A stretch of DNA of 24,729 nt from Candidatus Desulfaltia sp. GTDB taxonomy: Archaea > Thermoproteota > Bathyarchaeia > TCS64. The stretch's first letter is position 1. Each line of letters starts with the position of its first letter. The stretch covers positions 1-24,729 of the forward strand of contig DATKWY010000170.1 in NCBI GenBank assembly GCA_035529295.1, read 5' to 3'. A model generated the notes under the pieces. The model was not told the origin of the DNA. It made no database searches and saw only the letters and a program-made list of their open reading frames with translations. Made by a program: the position numbers and the translations under genes. Positions 7,775 to 14,795 of the stretch are shown here, in pieces.

Positions 7775-7861
7775 CGTAAACGTAAAATGATTTACGTTTA
7801 CCTGTATTTTCATATGAGCGTACAGCTGCTGATAAACGCCCTCATCTACGCCTCCATGCTG
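7775..7861 (+). repeat. Copy 1 of an 87-bp direct repeat: promoter plus first 16 codons of the livH-like gene (truncated)
   Basis: 84/87 identical to 9512-9598, with the last 64 nt identical; contains ATG 7814 MSVQLLINALIYASML and then diverges. Confidence 0.95.
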
Positions 7862-7895
7862 GTGCAACACGTCAGGCGCGTCGCATAGAGCACTG

Positions 7896-8107
7896 ATGTG
7901 CAAAAAAGGTAGGGGGTATCATTTTATGGCGGTTTTTTCAGTCATAAAACGAGTAAACCTATACCCGCAACGCCGACGAGACCTGGGGACCATGTGTGAA
8001 AAAACATAGGGGGGTATCGTATAATGGAGAATATTTTTATTAATACAAGAATCTCGTTGAGGCTCACGAAGCTTACGAGGCGGGGCGCATATGCAAAAAG
8101 GTAGGGG
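7896..8107 (+). repeat. Three imperfect copies of ATRTG..AAAAA..TAGGGG at about 96-bp spacing
   Basis: atgtgcaaaaaaggtagggggtatc (7896), atgtgtgaaaaaacataggggggtatc (7992), atatgcaaaaaggtagggg (8089); TAGGGG at 7910, 8007 and 8102. Confidence 0.7.
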
Positions 8108-8167
8108 CGCGCTCGCTGTCATGACGCGTTAAGACCTATGGAGTTGTTAATTCCAAGTACGCTGAAT

Positions 8168-8195
8168 GGTGCGCATAATCTAATTTAATTAAATG
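8168..8195 (+). other. dif-like site
   Basis: GGTGCGCATAA-TCTAAT-TTAATTAAATG versus E. coli dif GGTGCGCATAA-TGTATA-TTATGTTAAAT; left arm matches 11/11. Confidence 0.3.
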
Positions 8196-8293
8196 CAATA
8201 ATCCATATTTTTATCCATTTTTTTTTGTCTATATGTGCTCGTGTAGTAATGGATTGGAGTTGTAATGGAAAAATTGGTGAGTTTTTGTTGATT

Positions 8294-9406
8294 TTATGTT
8301 CTCATTGAGACTTCAACTGGAAGGGAATCGATGTCTCCAAACATGAAATGCGCCTTCAAATCAGAGTCTTCAAGACACTCTAACTTTTTCTCAGGGCTAT
8401 TGTAGAACAATTTAAAGTTGATCCTGGTATCTACGAAGCCTTGGCCTAGGAACTTGCTCCACATCGGATGTTTATTAATGCAGGCAGCGAGAACAGTGTT
8501 TACATCGTTGCTGTCAAAGTATTTTTGAGCGTTTGATAAGAGTGCGTCTGCTGCGTCCTCTCTTCCCTTCAATGTGATGAGGTCAACTACGAAGCCGACT
8601 GGGTAGTCCTCACGATATCTGTTTATCCGGTTGACACAGTATCCGATGATCTCAGAGCCGTCTTTGGCTAGGTTGACGTCGAAATCTCCTCCCCTTTTGT
8701 CACAGTATCGCCAATTTAGGTAACTTTCTCTTCTTTCTACGATGAAATCGTAATCGTTTTTTACTTTCTCCCAGAATGCGTCAATTTCCTGTTTAAAGGA
8801 GTCGATTTTTACTACTTCGACATCGGTTTTAGCTTGACTTCCTCTCACTATATTCCGCATATCCTGGAGCTGTTTAACGACTGTGTACCCGATTTTCATT
8901 ATATTTGGGTGGTCAACGGCTATTGCATTTAACTGCTTATCTATGTCTTTCACTTGCACCAATACGGAGACTGAGACTGGAAACTCGGGTAATTTCCCAG
9001 TGTAACTTTTGATTATATGTGGGTTCCGTGTGACAAAATAGGTGCAAGGCGTATCCCTCTCTAATCTTAGTTTCATTGAAAGTTTCAATAATCTGTTTGA
9101 GATACCCATTCTACGGTAATCGGGGTGTACAGCCATATCTCCTGCGTAGCCCCAATGTATGATTTCCCCGCATACTTTGACAGGTACAATGTATAGCTGT
9201 CCAGTCCCAACGACTCTTTCACTGTGTTTCGCTACTACAACCAGGATTTTTCTCAAGTTATTTTCTAGATACTTCCATTTCCAGTGTTCTAACGCAGAGC
9301 ATTCAAGATCAATGCGAGGCCAATCACCGTAAACATCCTGTAAGAGAGGTATAATCTGTTTTTCATCTCCAACTTTATACTCATCGACTGTTATCTCATC
9401 AGACAA
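8294..9406 (-). CDS. GNAT-family N-acetyltransferase (about 370 aa, probably tandem GNAT folds), low GC
   Basis: GYAGDMAVHPDYRRMGISNRL acetyl-CoA-binding motif A; FIVERRESYLNWRY; second fold with GYCVNRI and VVDLI. Probable TTG start at 9406 (LSDEITVDEY); the longer track ORF is an antisense extension. Confidence 0.85.
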   Translation of the reverse strand: MSDEITVDEYKVGDEKQIIPLLQDVYGDWPRIDLECSALEHWKWKYLENNLRKILVVVAKHSERVVGTGQLYIVPVKVCGEIIHWGYAGDMAVHPDYRRMGISNRLLKLSMKLRLERDTPCTYFVTRNPHIIKSYTGKLPEFPVSVSVLVQVKDIDKQLNAIAVDHPNIMKIGYTVVKQLQDMRNIVRGSQAKTDVEVVKIDSFKQEIDAFWEKVKNDYDFIVERRESYLNWRYCDKRGGDFDVNLAKDGSEIIGYCVNRINRYREDYPVGFVVDLITLKGREDAADALLSNAQKYFDSNDVNTVLAACINKHPMWSKFLGQGFVDTRINFKLFYNSPEKKLECLEDSDLKAHFMFGDIDSLPVEVSMRT

Positions 9407-9511
9407 TGCAGCAAAATATTCGTTTCTAAATACATAAGTTGAACGATGAGGCGCGCGTACCAGGGACCAGAGAGCAGCCAAAGCAATCAGAGACTGGGTA
9501 CAAAAGCGTCT

Positions 9512-9598
9512 CGTAAACGTTAAATGGTTTACGGTTACCTGTATTTTCATATGAGCGTACAGCTGCTGATAAACGCCCTCATCTACGCCTCCATGCTG
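9512..9598 (+). repeat. Copy 2 of the 87-bp direct repeat; includes a probable bidirectional promoter and the livH-like start
   Basis: 84/87 identity with 7775-7861; GTTAAAT lies about 30 nt before ATG 9551. Confidence 0.95.
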
Positions 9599-10474
9599 AT
9601 GCTCATAGCTGAGGCCCACACGTTGACGTACCTGACAGCGGACGCCTTCAACTTCACCGTGGGGCCCATGGCAGCTATCGGCGCCTACGTGGGGTTCACA
9701 TGGACCAAGATACTGGGGCTGCAGCTTTACCTGGGGCTCCCTGTTGCGTTTACGGTCTGCAGCCTGGTGGGATTCCTGTGCTGTGTACTGGTTGTTGAGC
9801 CTCTGCTGAGGAGAGGTCGGGGGCCTGTGCTGGTGACCCTTGCTCTCATCGGGACCGGGATTCTGCTCACCGGTCTCACGCAGATTTATGCGCGGTGGCT
9901 GCTGTACGCCTACAGTATATGGACTAGCAACTTCCTCTTGAAGGCGTACGACTTCGCCGTGGGGTGGGTCCCCGGCGTCTTCATAGTGTCCACAATCCTG
10001 GCCCTGACCTCGGTCCTGCTCCTTGAGCGTATGCTCCACGGAACCCTGTTCGGCGCCTCCCTGAGGGCCGTGGTGGAGAACGTTGACCTGGCCATGGTGC
10101 AGGGCGTCAACCCGGCCCGAGTCAGGTGGGTGTCTTGGACTCTTGCTGGGGGCCTGGCGGGGCTGGCCGGGGCCTACGGGAGTATGTGGTTTAGGTCGAG
10201 CCTGGATATGGGGCCTGTTCTTATGACGGGGATTCTGGCCTCTTGTCTGCTGGGCGGTGTGGATAGCCTGAGGGGAGCCGCAATAGGCGGGCTGCTTCAG
10301 GGCGTATTTGAGATATTTCTAGTTGTCGGGGGTCAGCGGGTGATCGGGGTCGGGGTGGGGGAGGACAGGCCGCTGGTGCCCATAGCCATGATAGCCCTGG
10401 CTATGTACTTCAGGCCACAGGGGTTGCTAGGAGCTGACCCGTCTGGGCGCCAGAAAAGACGGGTCTCAAGGTGA
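9551..10474 (+). CDS. Branched-chain amino acid ABC transporter permease (LivH-like), orphan
   Basis: FNFTVGPMAAIGAY, FGASLRAVVENVDLAMVQGVNP, LAGGLAGLAG and LLGGVDSLRGAAIGGLL; multiple TM segments. Confidence 0.88.
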   Translation: MSVQLLINALIYASMLMLIAEAHTLTYLTADAFNFTVGPMAAIGAYVGFTWTKILGLQLYLGLPVAFTVCSLVGFLCCVLVVEPLLRRGRGPVLVTLALIGTGILLTGLTQIYARWLLYAYSIWTSNFLLKAYDFAVGWVPGVFIVSTILALTSVLLLERMLHGTLFGASLRAVVENVDLAMVQGVNPARVRWVSWTLAGGLAGLAGAYGSMWFRSSLDMGPVLMTGILASCLLGGVDSLRGAAIGGLLQGVFEIFLVVGGQRVIGVGVGEDRPLVPIAMIALAMYFRPQGLLGADPSGRQKRRVSR

Positions 10475-10510
10475 ATGAGTTAAATGGCTAAGCATTGGCG
10501 CGCGCACCCT

Positions 10511-10612
10511 ATGGTGAGCAAAGCCGGCTTCAAAGGCAGACACTTCATCAGCATGAGCAACAACAGGCGCGCCCACCTCGACTTTATCCTAGACGCAGTC
10601 AGCCAGACATGA
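10511..10612 (+). pseudogene. Degenerate duplicate of the pyrB 5' end (33 codons)
   Basis: 71/85 nt identical to 11681-11765; MVSKAGFKGRHFISMSNNRRAHLDFILD versus MVRKAEFKGKHFISMGDYSRAQLDYILD (19/28 aa), then a stop. Confidence 0.9.
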
Positions 10613-10679
10613 AACTGCAAAACAACAAACGTTTTCAACTAATAGTATTTAATAATAAATTTCTCCTATAACACAACTA

Positions 10680-11061
10680 CTACAACCAGAGCCTTGACAT
10701 ATGCACCCCTAAGATCAATAAATCATAACAAACAACGTAAACAAAATACGACAACAAAACATGCGCATCCATCAATAAACCATACGATTCAGCCCAGGAC
10801 CAACCGCAACCACGTAACTCACGTTTGTAGCCCAGCCCCTCCACAGAGAGGCAGTGAACCCCAGTGACAGATAAACTAAAAATAATACAGACACCCCACA
10901 CAGTGTTCGCCGCCCCCGCCAACAGGTGCGGGCTCTTCGCGAACCACCAGATCGACAACAACGGAAGATGCGGAAGATACGCGGCGTGCAACATGGCCGA
11001 CCACACCAGGGACCCCAAGTGCCCCGCTAAAGGCGGCAAGTAAGCCCAGGCCCAAATACAT
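10680..11061 (-). pseudogene. Possible frameshifted small membrane-protein gene remnant
   Basis: Hydrophobic segments split across two overlapping minus-strand frames (MYLGLGLLAAFSGALGV...; ...NTVWGVCIIFSLSVTG...LLSYFVYVV); no family recognised. Confidence 0.25.
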
Positions 11062-11154
11062 CCCTTTAAAAGCGTCGGCCCCTACCTATTATGCGCAGGA
11101 TTCTTAGCCAAGCCACGCACGGCGTGGACAGCAAGCGCCACGCAGTGAACAGAA

Positions 11155-11607
11155 ATGAGTACACCCAGCGAGCATGAGGCACGCCGCCAGACCCTCTTGG
11201 AGGGGATAAGCCAGAACCTCAACTACACAGAGATAGCCACCCGGCTGGGAGTCAGGCGAGGCGACTTGCTCAGAGACATCAGGGCCATGCGCAACAGCAG
11301 GGACCCAGGCCTCCGGGATGCTCAGCGCACCGCCCAGAATAAGATCAGCACGGAGAAGCAGACCGTCTCTAAGAGACGCGACGAAAGGTTCCACTCCATG
11401 ACCGGCATGACCCTCCACGAGAAATCCTTCCAGAACATGGTATACTACTACAAATCCGAACTCTTGGCTATCCTGAGAAGCAGAGACCCAGAGGCCACCA
11501 TCAGAGACCTCCCCCAGAGTACCCGGAGAACCCTGATGCACAACGGCATACTCACCAAGAGGAACAAGCCTCAGATCACCCTCCAGGCCCGAAACCATCT
11601 CCTGTAA
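11155..11607 (+). CDS. Hypothetical protein with N-terminal helix-turn-helix
   Basis: LNYTEIATRLGVRRGDLLRDIRAM is HTH-like; 150 aa with ATG start and consistent codon pattern. Confidence 0.65.
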   Translation: MSTPSEHEARRQTLLEGISQNLNYTEIATRLGVRRGDLLRDIRAMRNSRDPGLRDAQRTAQNKISTEKQTVSKRRDERFHSMTGMTLHEKSFQNMVYYYKSELLAILRSRDPEATIRDLPQSTRRTLMHNGILTKRNKPQITLQARNHLL

Positions 11608-11680
11608 TAGGTAAAGACGCTTATACCCCGCCACTGGTATCAAAGTAACAAATATATCCCCAACCGTACATCAACACTCT

Positions 11681-12613
11681 ATGGTACGCAAAGCCGAGTT
11701 CAAAGGCAAGCACTTCATAAGCATGGGTGACTACAGCCGCGCCCAGCTCGACTATATCCTAGACGTTGCCGACGAGATGGTGAAAATAGAGAAACAGGGC
11801 AGCGACCTGGCCCGGGGCAAGGTCCTGGCCAGCCTATTCTTCGAGCCCAGCACTCGCACCAGGCTCAGCTTCGAGTCCGCCATGTTCCGCCTCGGCGGCA
11901 GCGTAACCACCGTCGCCGACCCCATGACCAGCAGCGCCAAGAAAGGCGAATCCTTCGAGGACACCATACGCACCGTCATGAACTACGTGGACATCATAGC
12001 CATGAGGCACCCAGACAACGACGCCGCCCTACGCGCAGCCAAGGTCAGCACCGTCCCCTACATCAATGGAGGCAGCGGAACCTGGGAGCACCCCACCCAG
12101 ACCATGCTGGACCTCCACTGTATAAGGTATGCCAAGGGCGGCATCGACGGCCTCACCATAGGCATGGTGGGTGACCTGAAGAACGGCCGAACAGTCCACA
12201 GCCTCCTGAAGGCCCTCAGGAACTACGATGTTAAGGCGTACTGCATAGCACCGGACGCGTTGAAGATGAAGCAGGAGGTCCTAGACGAGGTCAAGGACAA
12301 GATCGAGGTGGTTGAGGTGTCTGACCTGCCCGCCACCATGCCCAAGCTGGACGTGGTGTACATGACCCGGGTCCAGCGGGAGCGGTTCGCCAGCCAAGAG
12401 GAATACGACAAGGTCAAGGACAGCTACATCATGGATAGACGCATGGTCCAGAAGCACGGCAAGAAGGACGTGGCCATCATGCACCCCTTGCCCCGGGTCA
12501 ACGAGATCAGCACCGACGTGGATGACCTGCCTAACGCCTGGTACTTCAGGCAGATGAAGCACGGCATCTACGCCAGGATGGCCATCATCGCCCTAGCCCT
12601 GGGCGTCTACTAG
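11681..12613 (+). CDS. pyrB: Aspartate carbamoyltransferase catalytic subunit
   Basis: FFEPSTRTRLSFE, HPTQT, VGDLKNGRTVHSL, YMTRVQRER and MHPLPRVNEI. Confidence 0.98.
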   Translation: MVRKAEFKGKHFISMGDYSRAQLDYILDVADEMVKIEKQGSDLARGKVLASLFFEPSTRTRLSFESAMFRLGGSVTTVADPMTSSAKKGESFEDTIRTVMNYVDIIAMRHPDNDAALRAAKVSTVPYINGGSGTWEHPTQTMLDLHCIRYAKGGIDGLTIGMVGDLKNGRTVHSLLKALRNYDVKAYCIAPDALKMKQEVLDEVKDKIEVVEVSDLPATMPKLDVVYMTRVQRERFASQEEYDKVKDSYIMDRRMVQKHGKKDVAIMHPLPRVNEISTDVDDLPNAWYFRQMKHGIYARMAIIALALGVY

Positions 12614-12628
12614 ACAACTGAAGGCCAG

Positions 12629-13264
12629 TCACCCAGGGTCGCGGCGCTCAAACATCCGCCGAAGCCGGTCCCAGCGGTCCCCCTCCGGGTCCTTTTTATC
12701 CAACATGTAAGCCTCAGGGATCTCATACAGAAACAGCTTGTGGCTGCCCACCATGTAGAACCGCTCCTCCTCCCGGCTGTGAACCCAGTCCGAGACCGGG
12801 AAATCGTGGCTCACCACGCGGGCCCCCGCCCTCAGCTCCTTCTCCAGCTTAGGTCTCAGCTTGGCGTTACCCGACGTGGTCAGGTACAGCGTCACCACCG
12901 AGGCCCCCGACAGGTCCTCCCCGAAAAAGTCTGCCTGGATCACAGCGATCCGGTCCTGCAGCTCCTTATCGTACACCTTCATCTTGGTGGCCTCTGCCAT
13001 CTGGGGGTTAATCTCGTACCCCACGGCCCTGTCCACGTTGTACTCCTCCACGGCTGTCAGAATAATCCTGCCGTCCCCGCAGCCGAGATCGTAGAGCACG
13101 TCCCCCGGCCCCGCCCTGGCCAGCTTCAGCATCTCGTGCACCACGTTCATTGGTGTGGGCACGTAGGGCGCCACGTTGTCCGAGCCGTCCCCCCACCCTA
13201 GACTGTAGTGCCAGCCGGTGATCCTCTCGGCTAAGTCGTCAGGCTCCTTGCGGTCCCCAGACAT
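12629..13264 (-). CDS. Class I SAM-dependent methyltransferase (FAM173/archaeal aKMT-like protein lysine methyltransferase)
   Basis: APYVPTP, VLYDLGCGDGRI, VVTLYL, KLEKELRAGARVVSHDF. Confidence 0.85.
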   Translation of the reverse strand: MSGDRKEPDDLAERITGWHYSLGWGDGSDNVAPYVPTPMNVVHEMLKLARAGPGDVLYDLGCGDGRIILTAVEEYNVDRAVGYEINPQMAEATKMKVYDKELQDRIAVIQADFFGEDLSGASVVTLYLTTSGNAKLRPKLEKELRAGARVVSHDFPVSDWVHSREEERFYMVGSHKLFLYEIPEAYMLDKKDPEGDRWDRLRRMFERRDPG

Positions 13265-13346
13265 CAATCAACCTTCCGCAGCCAGAGACTTATGGTTTAC
13301 GAACCAGTTAAAAACTTAAACCGCCAAGATTCAACCGCGAAACGCG

Positions 13347-13829
13347 TTGGAGCTGAAAACGGTTAAGCTCAAGGTGCCTGAGGGCTGCAACATCATCCTC
13401 GCCCAGAGCCACTTCATCAAGACCGTGGAGGACGTGTACGAGGCCCTAGCCTCAAGCGCCCCCGGCATCCGGTTCGGCCTGGCCTTCAGCGAGTCCAGCG
13501 GAGAGTGCCTCGTCAGGGTAGACGGCAACGACGAAGAGTTGAAGAAGGCGGCAGCGGAGAACGCCCTAGCCCTCGGCTGCGGCCACAGCCTCAACATACT
13601 TCTCAGGGACGCCTACCCCATCAACGTCCTCAACCAGCTCAAGGCCGTCCCCGAACTATGCCACGTCATCGCCGCCACCGCCAACCCCCTCACCGTCGTC
13701 GTAGCCGAGACAGAGCAGGGCCGCGGCATCCTGGGCGTAGTAGACGGGCATGGACCCAAAGGCGTCGAGGACGAGCATGGGGTCAAGTGGCGGAAAGAGT
13801 TCCTACGGAAGATAGGCTACAAGACCTAG
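13347..13829 (+). CDS. DUF355 / adenosine-specific kinase family protein
   Basis: NIILAQSHFIKTVED, FGLAFSESSG, GHS...YPINVLN, ATANP, GRGILGVVDG and RKEFLRKIGYK. Confidence 0.9.
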   Translation: MELKTVKLKVPEGCNIILAQSHFIKTVEDVYEALASSAPGIRFGLAFSESSGECLVRVDGNDEELKKAAAENALALGCGHSLNILLRDAYPINVLNQLKAVPELCHVIAATANPLTVVVAETEQGRGILGVVDGHGPKGVEDEHGVKWRKEFLRKIGYKT

Positions 13830-14491
13830 CCCAGTATCCTCCTCAGCAGCCCGGGCAGCTCGTCCAGGGGGCAGTCCCCAGGCACCTCCCGGATGATCCC
13901 CGCCCCCATGTATCTGTCCAGCAGTGGCCGGGTCTTCTCCCGGTACACCTCCAGCCGGTGCCGGATCACCTTAGGCTTGTCGTCGTCCCTAAGGACCAGC
14001 CCGGAGCCACACTCGTCACATACCCCCACAGCCCTGGGCGGCTTAGACTCAAGGTGGTACACGGCCCCGCACCCGGGGCAGCTCCTCCTGTTACCCAGCC
14101 GAGCAGCTATCGCCTCGTCCCCCAGGGTCACATGGATGACGTAGTCCAGCCGCAGGCCCCTCTCCCTCAGTATCCTGTCCAAGGCGTAGGCCTGGGCGGT
14201 GCTCCGGGGGAACCCGTCCAGGATGAACCCGGCCTCCAAGTCAGGCATGCTGAGCCTTTCCCGCACCACTATGTTGACGATCCTGTCTGGCACCAGCTCC
14301 CCCCGGTCCATGAACCCTTTGGCGACCCTGCCGTGCTCCGTCCCCCGGGCCACGGCGTCCCTGAGCATGTCCCCGGTGGTCACCACGGGCACGCCGTAGA
14401 GCTCAGAGACGATGCGCGCCTGGGTGCCCTTGCCGCTCCCAGGAGGCCCCAGCATGACGATCCTCAAAATGGTCCCCCGTTTCCGGTTCAC
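13826..14491 (-). CDS. adk: Adenylate kinase, bacterial type with Zn-binding LID
   Basis: GPPGSGKGTQA, TGDMLR, GELVPD, GFILDGFPR, LID CPGC...CDEC, RDDD. The true start may be a few codons downstream. Confidence 0.95.
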   Translation of the reverse strand: MNRKRGTILRIVMLGPPGSGKGTQARIVSELYGVPVVTTGDMLRDAVARGTEHGRVAKGFMDRGELVPDRIVNIVVRERLSMPDLEAGFILDGFPRSTAQAYALDRILRERGLRLDYVIHVTLGDEAIAARLGNRRSCPGCGAVYHLESKPPRAVGVCDECGSGLVLRDDDKPKVIRHRLEVYREKTRPLLDRYMGAGIIREVPGDCPLDELPGLLRRILG

Positions 14492-14542
14492 ATCAGCCCC
14501 GCCGCATTAAAACATTTACTATCCAGTGATCAATATACGTCC

Positions 14543-14764
14543 ATGGACGAGTACAGTCCCTTCACGGCCTTGGGCTGGACGCTCATACAACTGGGCGTCC
14601 TCTTCGTAGCCCTCCCCTACCTCTCCAGGATTGTCCCCAGCATGGAGCGCCTCCCCTGGTACATCGTCTACGTCTACAGGAGCGACGGCTTCTACTTCGC
14701 CACCAGCCCCCTCCTCATACTCCTGAGCCTCCTGTCCGTGCTCTGGGGCTACCTGCGGCGGTGA
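14543..14764 (+). CDS. Small membrane protein (73 aa, two hydrophobic segments)
   Basis: MDEYSPFTALGWTLIQLGVLFVALPYL...YFATSPLLILLSLLSVLWGYLRR; fills the adk-gpmI gap with host-like codons. It is the last 73 aa of track ORF 13505-14764. Confidence 0.7.
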   Translation: MDEYSPFTALGWTLIQLGVLFVALPYLSRIVPSMERLPWYIVYVYRSDGFYFATSPLLILLSLLSVLWGYLRR

Positions 14765-14795
14765 CCTTAAACTCCGCCACAGTATTTTCCCTGTT

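Larger units (their letters stand above)
7862..9511. mobile_element. Small AT-rich insertion (about 1.65 kb) between the direct repeats, carrying a GNAT gene; no recombinase inside
   Basis: Abrupt GC drop relative to flanks, bounded exactly by the 87-bp repeats. Confidence 0.55.

Noticed and set aside
7896-8107. Possible CRISPR array or ORB-type replication origin
   Set aside because: Repeats are too degenerate, spacers are about 70 bp, there is no GTTCCA.TGGAA core, and no cas or orc1/cdc6 gene is nearby.
8294-10039. 581-aa minus-strand ORF as a single protein
   Set aside because: The first 211 codons or so are antisense to the livH-like gene and run through the promoter repeat; recognisable low-GC GNAT sequence starts only near 9406.
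9519-10485. GTTAAAT (GTTRRRY) words as integron attC/attI sites
   Set aside because: No matching RYYYAAC-bounded hairpins and no integrase; they sit at TATA-box distance from starts.
11104-11643. 179-aa minus-strand ORF
   Set aside because: Fully antisense to the HTH gene 11155-11607, which has the recognisable motif.
13505-14764. 419-aa plus-strand ORF
   Set aside because: Pro/Arg/Gln-rich off-frame and antisense shadow of DUF355 and adk; only the last 73 codons (from ATG 14543) look real.
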